Assembly (NCBI GenBank): GCA_003222275.1
Contig: QHVJ01000149.1
Coordinates: forward strand, 1-62,606
Origin: Acidobacteriota bacterium
GTDB lineage: Bacteria > Acidobacteriota > Vicinamibacteria > Fen-336
DNA length: 62,606 nt
Reading direction: 5' to 3'
The position numbers and the translations under genes are program-made. Below, piece by piece: positions 28,673-38,595 of this stretch (the first letter of the stretch is position 1; each line of letters starts with the position of its first letter). The notes beneath the pieces are model-generated. The model was not told where the DNA came from. It worked only from the letters and a program-made list of their open reading frames with translations, and searched no databases.

Positions 28673-30600
28673 GCCCGCACCGCGGCGGTCGTGGCGGGTC
28701 CCACGACCAGTGGCTCGCTCTTCAGTGCCGGCGCCGGTGCGGGCCGCGAGGCCTGGTCCAGGTAGCGGCGCGCCCACAGCTCGAATGAGATGAGGGTCCA
28801 GAGCTGGAAGTCGAGATCGTGTGCCCCTTCATTCCGCAGCAGCTTCTCGACGTAGGCGGGATTGATCAGGCCGCGCTGCCGCGCCGCCCGGGAGAGGAGC
28901 AGCTCGCGAGCGAACTCGGACAGCCGGCCCTGGAACCAGCGGCCCAGCGGGATGGCGAATCCCTGCTTGGGTCGCTGCAGCACGGGCGCGGGGACGAGGC
29001 CGCGCATCGCGCGCTTGAAGATGTGCTTGCCGGTGCCCTGGCGCAGCCGCAGCTCGGGCGGGATGGTGGCGGCGAACTCGATGAGCTTGTGGTCCAGCAG
29101 GGGGACACGCGCCTCGATCGAGTGGGCCATGCTCATGCGGTCCACTTTGGTCAGGATGTCGAGGGGGAGGTACTGCTTCACGTCCAGGTGCTGGAGCGAA
29201 GAGAGCCAATGCCGGTCCGGGCGGGCGAGGTAGGCCATCGCGTCCCGCCGGGGATCCGCCGCCGACACCAGGTCGAAGACGGAGGGCGAGAAGAGCTCCC
29301 GCTGCTCCTCGTGACGGAAGAAGGTGGCGGCGTCCAGATAGCGCTCTCGGCCGTCGAGGGCCACGTGACGCAGGAAGTTGCGTCCCTTCACGCGGGCGGG
29401 GGCGCGGCCGGCCAGCGCCCCCAGCACCCGGCGCAGGGGGCCGGGCAGCCACTCCCACCGCCGCTCGCGTGACTCCACTCGATATCGGTCGTAGCCGGCG
29501 AACAGCTCGTCGCCCCCGTCCCCCGACAGCACCACCGTCACATGCTCCGCGGCCAGCTTCGATACCATGTAGGTCGGGATGGCCGAGGGGTCGCCGAAGG
29601 GCTCGTCGAGGTGCCAGGCCAGGTCCTCCAGCACCGGGAGGACGTCGGGCTTGAGCACCAGCTCGTGGTGCTCGGTGCCGAACGCGCGCGCCACGATGCG
29701 CGCGTAGTCCAGCTCGTCGTAGTCCTTCTCGACGAAACCGATGGAGAAGGTCTTGACCGGCCGCGGGCTGAGCCGGGCCATCGTGGCCACCACCGAGCTC
29801 GAATCGATGCCCCCGCTCAGGAAGGCGCCCAGGGGCACGTCGCTGACGAGGTGCAGCCGGACCGACTCGTCCAGCAGCGCGCGCAAGCCCTCCACCCACT
29901 CGGCCTCGCTGCGGCCGTAGTCGGTGGCCCATTCGAGGTCCCAGTAGCGTGAGAGACGCACGCCCTGCCGCGAGGCGGTCAGGGTCGTTCCCGGCTCGAG
30001 CTTGCGCACGCCCTGGACGATGCTCTCGGCCTGGGGTGTGGTGAGGAAGGTGAATACGTGGCCGAGGGCCGTCCAGTTGACGGTGCGCTCGACGTCGGGC
30101 AGCTCCAGCAGCGCCTTCAGCTCCGAGGCGAAGGCCAGCCGCCCCTCCACCTCGCAGTAATAGAGGGGCTTGATCCCCACCCGGTCCCGCGCGAGCAGAA
30201 GGCTCTGATCGCGCTCGTCCCAGACCGCGAACGCGAACATCCCCCTCAGTGCCTCCACGCACCGCCGGCCCCGCTCTTCGTACAGGTGGACGATGACCTC
30301 GGTGTCCGTGCCCGTGTAGAACGAGTGTCCCCGGCCCTCCAGATCCCGGCGGAGCTCCTGGAAGTTGTAGATCTCGCCGTTGAAGACGGCCCAGATCGTC
30401 CCGTCTTCGTTGTGCACGGGCTGGCGGCCGGTCTCCAGGTCGATGATGCTCAGCCGTCGCATGCCGAGCCCGACGCGGGGCGCCACGTAGAAGCCCTCGT
30501 CGTCGGGGCCGCGGTGGGCCAGGGCCGCGCACATCCGCTGGAGGTCGTCGAGCCTCACCGGCGCCCCGTCGAACCTCGCCATTCCGGCAATGCCACACAT
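28669..30600 (-). CDS. asnB: Asparagine synthase-like glutamine amidotransferase 2 (EPS-associated)
   Basis: [51 protein letters not shown]. Confidence 0.93.
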   Translation of the reverse strand: MCGIAGMARFDGAPVRLDDLQRMCAALAHRGPDDEGFYVAPRVGLGMRRLSIIDLETGRQPVHNEDGTIWAVFNGEIYNFQELRRDLEGRGHSFYTGTDTEVIVHLYEERGRRCVEALRGMFAFAVWDERDQSLLLARDRVGIKPLYYCEVEGRLAFASELKALLELPDVERTVNWTALGHVFTFLTTPQAESIVQGVRKLEPGTTLTASRQGVRLSRYWDLEWATDYGRSEAEWVEGLRALLDESVRLHLVSDVPLGAFLSGGIDSSSVVATMARLSPRPVKTFSIGFVEKDYDELDYARIVARAFGTEHHELVLKPDVLPVLEDLAWHLDEPFGDPSAIPTYMVSKLAAEHVTVVLSGDGGDELFAGYDRYRVESRERRWEWLPGPLRRVLGALAGRAPARVKGRNFLRHVALDGRERYLDAATFFRHEEQRELFSPSVFDLVSAADPRRDAMAYLARPDRHWLSSLQHLDVKQYLPLDILTKVDRMSMAHSIEARVPLLDHKLIEFAATIPPELRLRQGTGKHIFKRAMRGLVPAPVLQRPKQGFAIPLGRWFQGRLSEFARELLLSRAARQRGLINPAYVEKLLRNEGAHDLDFQLWTLISFELWARRYLDQASRPAPAPALKSEPLVVGPATTAAVRA

Positions 30601-30607
30601 GATCGAT

Positions 30608-32107
30608 CTAGCTCCCCGACTCCCCCGGCTGCACCGCGGCCGGTGTGAAGCGCTGCAGCCACCTCCTGACGGCCAGCCGCTCGTCGGCGTCGAGCAGTCC
30701 CGATTGGAAGACGATGACCAGGTACGCCGCGCTGCCGGCGAGGCCGGTGAAAGCCAGGCGCGCGAGGAGCGGCCCTTCCATCGCCGCTCTCACGAGGAGC
30801 GCGGGCAGGGCGGCGGCCGCGGAGGCGGTCGCGATGAGCCCCAGATCGCGCCAGGGCACGAGGCGCCCCATGCCCACGCCGAGGGACCGCTTCATGCCGA
30901 CGAGCACGACCGCCTTCATCGCGAGCGTCGACGTCACCCAGGCCACCGCCGCCCCCGGCAGGCCGAACGCCGCGATCGAAGCGCCGATCAGGGCGGCGAT
31001 CAGCAGCAGCTTCAGGATGCCGACCACGAGCATGAAGCGGGTGGCCGCATACACGCGCAGCATGGCGTCCGTCTGCACCACCGTGGCGAGGAGGTTCAGC
31101 GAGCAGACCATGAAGATCGGCACGCTGGCCACGTATCTCTCGGTGAAGAGCAGCACGATCACGTCGCGCGCCGCCACCAGCAGCAGCGCGAGCACGGGAA
31201 AGAACACGAGGGCGAGGGTCCGGGTCGTCCGATTGCACACCGCCAGGGCCTCGTCGCCCTGGCCGTCGCGCAGCCTCTCCCCCATTCGCACCATCATCAC
31301 GTTGCTGAGCGGGCTGGCGACCAGCTCGAGCAGCGGGAGCTGGAAGCAGCCGACGGCGTAGACGGCGAACGTGGCGGCGTCGAATCGGTGCGCGACGGCG
31401 TACTGGTGATAGTTGAGCTGCACCGTCTCCACCAGCACCGTGCCCGCGAATGGCAGCGCGTAGGCGAGCTGCTCCCACGCCAGGGCGGCCTGGGGCCGGA
31501 AGGACGCGCCGAGCTCCCGCCGGAGATAGATCAAGGAAGCGCCGAGCCGCGCCGCCGCGAAGGCCACCGCCCCGATCAGCAGCCCGTCGAGCCCGTGCCA
31601 GAGGAGCGCCGGAACGACGAAGGCGAGCGCGCGCAGGACGTCGGAGGCGCCGTATGACACCGCACCGTCGGCATAGCGCCGGCGGCTGATCATGACGATC
31701 TCGAGTGCGGTCGATGGCAGCATCAGCATGAGGAACACGCCGAGCAGCGGGAGATGGCGGGCGAGGTCGGGGTTTCCCAGCCAGCGCGCCACCGCCGGCG
31801 CCGTCGCCCACAGCAGGGCGAGGCTGGCGACACCCGTGCCGGTCAGCGCCAGCATCGAGTTCGCCACGTACCCGCCGGCTCCGCGGGTGGACCGGGGGAT
31901 GAAGTAGAAGAGGCTCTCGGCCAGGCCGAGCTGGCTCAGGACGTAGAGCGTCACGTAGACGAGCAACAGCTGCTTGTAGGTGCCGAACTGCGACTGGTCG
32001 AACAAGCGGACCAGGATCAGCGGCGCGAGGAAGGTGGCGACCAGCGCCACCCCCCGTCCCACCATGAGCACCAGCGCCGGCTTGACCGTGGACTCCGTCG
32101 AGGTCAT
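30608..32107 (-). CDS. wzx: Wzx oligosaccharide flippase (MOP superfamily)
   Basis: Many TM segments; LVRLFDQSQFGTY N-terminal signature; position within a Wzy locus. Confidence 0.8.
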   Translation of the reverse strand: MTSTESTVKPALVLMVGRGVALVATFLAPLILVRLFDQSQFGTYKQLLLVYVTLYVLSQLGLAESLFYFIPRSTRGAGGYVANSMLALTGTGVASLALLWATAPAVARWLGNPDLARHLPLLGVFLMLMLPSTALEIVMISRRRYADGAVSYGASDVLRALAFVVPALLWHGLDGLLIGAVAFAAARLGASLIYLRRELGASFRPQAALAWEQLAYALPFAGTVLVETVQLNYHQYAVAHRFDAATFAVYAVGCFQLPLLELVASPLSNVMMVRMGERLRDGQGDEALAVCNRTTRTLALVFFPVLALLLVAARDVIVLLFTERYVASVPIFMVCSLNLLATVVQTDAMLRVYAATRFMLVVGILKLLLIAALIGASIAAFGLPGAAVAWVTSTLAMKAVVLVGMKRSLGVGMGRLVPWRDLGLIATASAAAALPALLVRAAMEGPLLARLAFTGLAGSAAYLVIVFQSGLLDADERLAVRRWLQRFTPAAVQPGESGS

Positions 32108-33219
32108 CAGGCCATCGCCTCTTGCCGTCGGGCGACCCGGGCGGCGCGGTGATCCTGCCGGCACGGCGCGAACCAGTCGAAGACGCCCTGGACCAGCCCG
32201 CGCATCAGCGATGGGGAGAAGCGTCCCGCCGAGTTGCGGCAGGAGTTCTCCCAGAGCAGCCGCCGGGGTACCGTCAGCAGCGGCCGCCGGCGGTCGCGGT
32301 GCCGGCACGTCGTATAGGCGAACTCGTAACCCGCCTCCGCGACCGCGTCGACGACCGCGCCGTCGAAGCAACCATCCGGATACGCGAAGTGCCGGACGGG
32401 AGCGTTCAGCTCCTCTTCCAGCCGTTTCCGCGACGCCGAGAGCTCCTGTCGCGCGCGCTCCGGGGTTTCCACCGTCAACCGCGCGTGCGTGGACGTGTGA
32501 GAGGCGATCGTGAAACCGCCGCGATGCATCGCGCGCACCATGTCCCAGTCGAGGATCCGGAGCTCGGAGAACGACTCCTCCTCCCACTCCCGCGGCTCGC
32601 CGAGGACGTGCACCATCATCTCCAACTCGGCCGGCGGCACCGTCTCCAGGAGCCGGCGCATGACCGCGAAAGCGCCGCGCGGACGCGGGCGTGCGATCTC
32701 CTCGAGGCCGGGGACGGGGGCGATGCGTCGGAGCCGCATGACGAGCTGAGCTCGAGCCGAGAGTGGCTGCGCGAGCGCCCGGGCGACGACGAGGTAGAGC
32801 TGGTCGTGGAACAGCAGGCGCCGGGTTCCCACGAGGTCCGTCACCACGCAGACGGCGCCGGGGATCCCCTTGCGTTGGAGGAGCGGGAACGCGTGCTCGT
32901 ACACGTCGCGGTAGCCATCGTCGAAGGTGACTGCCGCAAAGGGGCGCTCCCCCGCCCCTCCGGACTCGAGCTGGTGGCCCAGCTCGTCGAGCGTTACGAA
33001 GCGGAAGCGGCGACCCACCCAGTCGAGCTGCCGCTCCAGCATGGCGGTGCTGATGATCATGGCCGGGATGGACGGCCCGGCATTGCGCTCGTCCTCCACC
33101 ACCTGGTGGTAGCCGAGGACGAGGACCCGCGGCGCGGCCCGGCCGCTCCAGAGCCGATGGGCCCCCGTCCGGCCCAAGGTCTCCGCGGCCACCTCCTTGG
33201 CCAACAGGCTCAGCCTCAT
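32107..33219 (-). CDS. NodB-type polysaccharide deacetylase
   Basis: LGYHQV, VTFDDGYRD, IASHTSTH and FAYPDG motifs. Confidence 0.9.
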   Translation of the reverse strand: MRLSLLAKEVAAETLGRTGAHRLWSGRAAPRVLVLGYHQVVEDERNAGPSIPAMIISTAMLERQLDWVGRRFRFVTLDELGHQLESGGAGERPFAAVTFDDGYRDVYEHAFPLLQRKGIPGAVCVVTDLVGTRRLLFHDQLYLVVARALAQPLSARAQLVMRLRRIAPVPGLEEIARPRPRGAFAVMRRLLETVPPAELEMMVHVLGEPREWEEESFSELRILDWDMVRAMHRGGFTIASHTSTHARLTVETPERARQELSASRKRLEEELNAPVRHFAYPDGCFDGAVVDAVAEAGYEFAYTTCRHRDRRRPLLTVPRRLLWENSCRNSAGRFSPSLMRGLVQGVFDWFAPCRQDHRAARVARRQEAMA

Positions 33220-34376
33220 GCTCGTCCCAGCCCGAAAGGCCGCCACCCGGCGGCCACGCGATCGCCCCAGGCCCGGGGCAGAACGCGCCGGGCGGTCCGC
33301 CGCGCCGCCCGCCCGAGCGCCAGCGTCCGCTGGCAGAGGAACCCGCGCCAGAGGGGCGGATAGAGCTCCAGACGCCGCAGCTCCCGCGCGTCGCGCGCCC
33401 ACAGGAACTTGTACGGCTCGGCGCCATGCAACAGGTCGTATTGCGCGGCTCCCTCCTCGATTGCGCTCTTTATGGCGAGGCCCATGGTCACGAGCCCGAC
33501 GCTCTGCTTGGCGAACGCGGGATCCAGCCCCGACTGGTAGAAGAGGAAGGCCGGACCGTAGCGGAACCCGTAGAGGGCGGCCGCGGGGCGATCGTCCAGA
33601 CGCAGCTCCAGAAGGCGCAGCCAGCCCCGGGCCAGGGCCAGGCGGCTGAGCTCCTCATGAAAGGCAACCAGGGCCGGCGACACGAACGCTTCGGACTGGC
33701 CCCGCTCTCGCCAGCGCGCCTCGTGGAGGCCGATCAGCCTGCCCAGCGCCTCGGCGCGACCTGCTTCGGCCTGGACGCGCTCGAATCGGACCGTGAAGTC
33801 CCGCTGCAGGTTCCGCAGCCGCCGCTGCAGGTTGTAACGATGTGCGGAGCCGAGGGCGGCCAGGTACGAAGGCCAGGACTCACCGGCGAGGGGGATGAAC
33901 GGGCAGACGTCGGTCCGCGCCTGCCGCAAGGACCAGCCCCGCGGCTCCAGGCTCTCCGCCAGGCGCCAGGAAACCGCCTCCGGACGCAGCCGGTGCAGCT
34001 CGAGCATCGCCCGCTCCGACCGCAAGCACTCGGCGAGCGCGTTCACCGCCTCGTCCTCCCATCCCCGGCGCACGATCAGGTCGAGGTAGTCGGAGCCCAC
34101 GGCGCCCGTGCCGAGCAACTGGAACGAGCGGAACGGGAGCAGACGGCCCAGGGCCGGCGGCGCCAGGGCCAGGGGCGCGATCGCCACCAGCTGGTCGCCG
34201 CAGCGGACGGCCAGGATGAACAGGCGGCGGCGCCCGGCGAGGGTGCGCCACCAGGTGTAGAGCCACTCCCACGTCAGGAAGAGGCAATCCGCGTCGCTGT
34301 CACGGAGCAGCGCGTTCCACTCCTCCCCCATGAGGGCGAAGCGATCCGTGTCCTCGATCCGTTCGATCCGGAGCAT
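33216..34376 (-). CDS. GNAT-fold acyltransferase (CelD/BcsL, Acetyltransf_6-like)
   Basis: FLTWEWL..WW, DYLDLI, YQSGLD...SVGLV and YDLLHGAEPYK patterns. Confidence 0.85.
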   Translation of the reverse strand: MLRIERIEDTDRFALMGEEWNALLRDSDADCLFLTWEWLYTWWRTLAGRRRLFILAVRCGDQLVAIAPLALAPPALGRLLPFRSFQLLGTGAVGSDYLDLIVRRGWEDEAVNALAECLRSERAMLELHRLRPEAVSWRLAESLEPRGWSLRQARTDVCPFIPLAGESWPSYLAALGSAHRYNLQRRLRNLQRDFTVRFERVQAEAGRAEALGRLIGLHEARWRERGQSEAFVSPALVAFHEELSRLALARGWLRLLELRLDDRPAAALYGFRYGPAFLFYQSGLDPAFAKQSVGLVTMGLAIKSAIEEGAAQYDLLHGAEPYKFLWARDARELRRLELYPPLWRGFLCQRTLALGRAARRTARRVLPRAWGDRVAAGWRPFGLGRA

Positions 34377-34406
34377 GGTGGTCGACTACGGTTATGGGTT
34401 GGAGGG

Positions 34407-35636
34407 CTACTCGCGGGAAGGACCGCCCGCCGCCGCGCCGGCGAGAGCGTATCGGCCCGCTCGAGCCGCTCGGCCCTCGGGCCGGGCGGCAGACTTCTTC
34501 ATCAGGAGCTGACGGGCGATGACGAGCCGTTGGATCTCGCTCGTGCCTTCGCCGATCGTGCACAATTTGACGTCGCGATAATATTTCTCGGCCGGGTAGT
34601 CCTTGATGAAGCCGTATCCGCCGAGGATCTGCACCGCCTCGCCGGCCACGCGCACCGCCACCTCGCTCGCGAAGAGCTTGGCCATGCTCGCTTCCTTCGT
34701 GACGCGCAGCTTCCGATCCGCGAGCCAGGCGGCCCGATGGACCATCAGCCGCGCCGCCTCGATCTGCGTGGCCATGTCGGCGAGCTTGATCTGGGTCGCC
34801 TGGAACTCGCTGATCGCCTTCCCGAACTGCTTGCGCTGCGTGGCGTATCGCACGGCCGTCTCGTAGGCCCCCTGCGCCATGCCGACGGCCAGGGCGCCCA
34901 TGGAGATCCGGCCCCCATCCAGGATCTGGAGGCTCTGGATCAGGCCGTTGCCTTCCGGCGCGATCAGGTTTTCCGGGGGCACGAGACAGTTGACGAACAC
35001 GACCTCCGAGGTGTCGCTGGCGCGCATGCCGAGCTTGTTCTCGCTCTTGCCCGGCCAGAAGCCCGCCGTCCCCTTCTCGACGATCAGGGCCGAGATTCCC
35101 TGGGGACCCTTCGACCCGTCGGTCACCGCCATGGCCACGCACACGTCGGCGTGACCGCCGCTCGTGGTGAACGTCTTCGCCCCGTTCAGCACCCAGCCCC
35201 CGTCGCGGCGCTCCGCCCTCGTGCGCGTTCCGCCCGCGTCGGAGCCGGCCTCCGGTTCCGTGAGCGACCAGCAGCCGAGCTTCTCACCCCGGGCCAGCGG
35301 CACCACGTACCTTCGCCGCTGCTCCTCCCCCCCGAAGCGGTAGATGTGATTCGCGCAGAGCGAGGTATGCGAAGACACGATGAGGCCGATGGAGCCGTCC
35401 ACGCGGGCCAGCTCCTCGAGGGTGATCGCATACTCGACGTAGCCGAGCCCGGCGCCCCCGTACTCCTGCGGGAAGATGACTCCCAGCAGCCCCATCTCGG
35501 CCAGCTTCGGAATGATCTCCGCGGGGAAGCGAGACGCTTCGTCCCATTCCATGACGTGGGGGAGGATTTCCGATTCGGCGAATTCGCGGACCGTGCCGCG
35601 AATCTCCTCTTGCTCTTCGGTCAGGCAGAAGTCCAC
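34407..35636 (-). CDS. Acyl-CoA (or acyl-ACP) dehydrogenase
   Basis: [32 protein letters not shown] and [10 protein letters not shown] (catalytic Glu). Confidence 0.93.
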   Translation of the reverse strand: MDFCLTEEQEEIRGTVREFAESEILPHVMEWDEASRFPAEIIPKLAEMGLLGVIFPQEYGGAGLGYVEYAITLEELARVDGSIGLIVSSHTSLCANHIYRFGGEEQRRRYVVPLARGEKLGCWSLTEPEAGSDAGGTRTRAERRDGGWVLNGAKTFTTSGGHADVCVAMAVTDGSKGPQGISALIVEKGTAGFWPGKSENKLGMRASDTSEVVFVNCLVPPENLIAPEGNGLIQSLQILDGGRISMGALAVGMAQGAYETAVRYATQRKQFGKAISEFQATQIKLADMATQIEAARLMVHRAAWLADRKLRVTKEASMAKLFASEVAVRVAGEAVQILGGYGFIKDYPAEKYYRDVKLCTIGEGTSEIQRLVIARQLLMKKSAARPEGRAARAGRYALAGAAAGGPSRE

Positions 35637-35658
35637 AGAACCTCGGGAAGGGCCGTCA

Positions 35659-36765
35659 TCAGGCCCCGATAACGGCCCGCGGCACCGGAGCCGGCTCCGG
35701 CCGCAGCTCGGGCGGCGGCACGGGGACCGGCTCCGGCCGCTCGCGCGCGCCGGAGGCGCACGTCGTTTCGAGGCCAGGGTCCGGCCCTGCGTCCTCGACG
35801 AGCATCGGCGGGAGGTGAAGATGGCGCGTGGCGCTTCGTTTGGAGTCGATCAGCCGATAAGCCCGCTCGGCCTGCTCGACGGTCAGACCGGTGGCGGCGG
35901 CGACCTCGGCCGCCGGCACGCCGTGATTCATTCCGTAAAGGCAGAGGTCCATCTGGCCGTACGGCAGCGCGAAATAGAATTCCTCCTGGGACTGCGGCAA
36001 CGAGTACGTATCCGTGGTCGGCGGACGCTCCTGGATCTCACGGGGAACGTCGAGATACTTCGCGAGCTGATAGACCTGCGTCTTGTACAGATGCGCGAGG
36101 GGCTTCAGGTCGGCGGCCCCGTCCCCGTACTTCACGAAGAAGCCCTGGTCGTACTCCAGGAGGTTCGGCGTCCCGACGACGGCGTGGTTGAGCCGGTCGG
36201 CATGGTAGTACTCCACCACCATTCGGGCGCGCTGCTTGAAGTTGGTGGCGGCGACGATGCCGAGATAGGCCTCCGCCGTCAGGCGCACACACCGCTCCGC
36301 TCCCGCCGGCGACCGCACGACCACCGAGAAAAGCGAGTAGGCCGAGCCGTCCCGCAGGTTGGGCAGCACGATCTTGCTCTTCCATCCTTCGCCGTATTCC
36401 GGCACCACCGTGCGGATGGCGTCGTCGCGCCGCTCGTAGCATCGGGCGCCGGCGAGGATGGGCGTGATGTCCTCGAGCTCGGTCCTGATCCCGAGGCAGC
36501 CGGCCAGGTGGCGGCCCAGGCGGAGGCTGTCCTCGCACGAGTCCGCCTCCGGCATGAACAACCCCAGGACCCGGTCCTTCCCGAGGGCCCGCACACAAAG
36601 GGCGGCCGCCACGCTGCTGTCGATGCCGCCGGAGAGCCCGAGCACGGCTCCCTTGCGTCGGAGCTGCCGGAAAACACTCTCGCGGATGCTGGCCTCGATC
36701 CGCCCGGCCGTTCGGGCGGCATCGATCTCGAGCACCTCCGGCGAGAACGCGCGGCGAGTCTTCAC
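35659..36765 (-). CDS. NadE-like ammonia-dependent N-type ATP pyrophosphatase
   Basis: [44 protein letters not shown]; no glutaminase domain; GTG start overlaps the upstream TGA. Confidence 0.85.
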   Translation of the reverse strand: MKTRRAFSPEVLEIDAARTAGRIEASIRESVFRQLRRKGAVLGLSGGIDSSVAAALCVRALGKDRVLGLFMPEADSCEDSLRLGRHLAGCLGIRTELEDITPILAGARCYERRDDAIRTVVPEYGEGWKSKIVLPNLRDGSAYSLFSVVVRSPAGAERCVRLTAEAYLGIVAATNFKQRARMVVEYYHADRLNHAVVGTPNLLEYDQGFFVKYGDGAADLKPLAHLYKTQVYQLAKYLDVPREIQERPPTTDTYSLPQSQEEFYFALPYGQMDLCLYGMNHGVPAAEVAAATGLTVEQAERAYRLIDSKRSATRHLHLPPMLVEDAGPDPGLETTCASGARERPEPVPVPPPELRPEPAPVPRAVIGA

Positions 36766-38324
36766 CGGCCCGCCTCCGCCGACACGTTCAGCTCCCGCTT
36801 GCTGATCTTGCCGCTGGTGGTCTTGGGCAGCGAATCCCGAAACTCCACGGCTCTCGGCACCGCGAAATCTTCCAGGTGCTGGGCGCAATGGCGCCGGAGG
36901 TCTTGCTCGGTGAGCGGGCAGCCTTCGCGCAGGGTAATGACGGCCTTGATCACCTGGCCGAGCACGGCATCCGGAACTCCGACGACGGCCGCTTCCGCGA
37001 CGCCGTCCAGGGAATACAGGACGTCCTCGACCTCCTTGGGGCTGACCTTCTCGCCCCGGGTCTTGATGATGTCGTCCTTGCGGCCGACGAAGTACAGGTA
37101 TCCCTCCTCGTCCGTCTTGAAGAAATCGCCGGTGTAGAGGACCCGTTCTCCCGGGAATGCGCCGGGCTTCAGGACCTTGTCGGTCTCCTCGGGCAGGTCC
37201 CAATACCCCTTCATGACGTTGGAGCCGCGAACGACGAGCTGGCCGATGACGCCCGGGCCGACGCGCCGTCCTTCCTCGTTCACGATGTACACCTCTTCGT
37301 TCGGCATCCCCCGGCCGACGGAGCCGGGCCGGACGTCGATCTGGTCCGGCGGCAGGTAGGAGACGCGCTTGCATTCGGTGAGCCCATACATGGAGTACAG
37401 CTTCACGTCCGGGAAGAGCGCGCGCAGTCGTCGAATGTGGTGGGTGGGCAGCGCGGCCGCGGTATTGGTGACGTAGCGCAGCCGGGACAGGTCATACCGG
37501 CCCAGATCGAGCTGCAGCAGCACGGCCGCCATCGTCGGCACGATCGGGAACCCGGTGACCCTCTCGCGGATCAACGTCTCGAGGACGGCGTGGGGATAGG
37601 TGAACGAGCGTTCCAGGACCAGGGTGGCGCCGACCTTGAACGCCATCAACACCTGGTAGAGCCCGTAGTCGAAGGAGAGAGGCAACACGCACAGCACGAC
37701 GTCGTCGGGCACGCTCTCGAGGTAGGTCGTGATCGACGTGGCCGCCGAGACGACGTTCAGGTGCGTCAGCATCACGCCCTTCGGCCTTCCCGTCGATCCG
37801 GAGGTGTAGATCAGCGCGGCGAGGTCGATGTCGATGCGCCGCTTTGCCGGAGGCGGGACGGGCCGGTCGGCCCCCTGGAGCACGGCCTCGAGAGCAATGG
37901 ACCGCAGGCCGGTCCCGGGTCGTGCACTCGCGCGCTCGCCGGCGACGAAGACGGTCCTGAGATGGGGCGTCTGCGCCGAGCCCTCCTCGATAGCGTCCAG
38001 CTTCCTGGAGTCGGTGATGAGAGCCGTGGCCCGGCAGTTGTTCAGGATGTAGGCGAGCTTGTCCGCCTTGGTCGTCGCATTCACCACCAGGAACACCGCC
38101 CCCGCCTTCAAGATCGCGAAGACGGACAGGACCGCTTCCACGGAATTGTCCAGATGGATGGCCACGCGATCCCCGGGCCGCACCCCCTCCCCGACGAGGG
38201 CGTGGGCCAGCCGGTTGCACCCCTCCTCGACCTGCGCGTACGTCAGCCGCCGGTCCCCGCAGACCAGGGCCGTCTGGCCGGGGAATCGAACCGCGCTCCG
38301 CTCGAGAAACTCTTCAACCTGCAC
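36762..38324 (-). CDS. Class I adenylate-forming (AMP-binding) ligase
   Basis: YTSGSTGRPKG, LPLSFDYG, MYGLTE, YTGD and IKTRGEKVSP motifs. Confidence 0.93.
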   Translation of the reverse strand: MQVEEFLERSAVRFPGQTALVCGDRRLTYAQVEEGCNRLAHALVGEGVRPGDRVAIHLDNSVEAVLSVFAILKAGAVFLVVNATTKADKLAYILNNCRATALITDSRKLDAIEEGSAQTPHLRTVFVAGERASARPGTGLRSIALEAVLQGADRPVPPPAKRRIDIDLAALIYTSGSTGRPKGVMLTHLNVVSAATSITTYLESVPDDVVLCVLPLSFDYGLYQVLMAFKVGATLVLERSFTYPHAVLETLIRERVTGFPIVPTMAAVLLQLDLGRYDLSRLRYVTNTAAALPTHHIRRLRALFPDVKLYSMYGLTECKRVSYLPPDQIDVRPGSVGRGMPNEEVYIVNEEGRRVGPGVIGQLVVRGSNVMKGYWDLPEETDKVLKPGAFPGERVLYTGDFFKTDEEGYLYFVGRKDDIIKTRGEKVSPKEVEDVLYSLDGVAEAAVVGVPDAVLGQVIKAVITLREGCPLTEQDLRRHCAQHLEDFAVPRAVEFRDSLPKTTSGKISKRELNVSAEAGR

Positions 38325-38337
38325 GGGGTCGCGCCCT

Positions 38338-38595
38338 CTAGCTGGAAACCTGGAGCTTTCGCTGCAGGAACTTCACCAGCCGGTTGATGGAATCCAGGTT
38401 GTCGGGAATCAGCTCCTCGTCCTCGACCTTGATCTCGTACGTCTCTTCAAGGAACGTCACCAGCTCCAGCACACCCGTGGAGTCGATGATCCCCTGATCG
38501 AGGAAGGAGTCGTCGTTCGACAGGCCGTCTCCCACCTGCCCGAAGGGGAAGTTGTCAATGACAAATCGCCGCAGTTCCTGCTCGACGTTCGGCAT
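38338..38595 (-). CDS. Acyl carrier protein
   Basis: 85 aa, acidic; GIIDSTGVLEL phosphopantetheinylation motif; AGAGGAG RBS. Confidence 0.92.
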   Translation of the reverse strand: MPNVEQELRRFVIDNFPFGQVGDGLSNDDSFLDQGIIDSTGVLELVTFLEETYEIKVEDEELIPDNLDSINRLVKFLQRKLQVSS

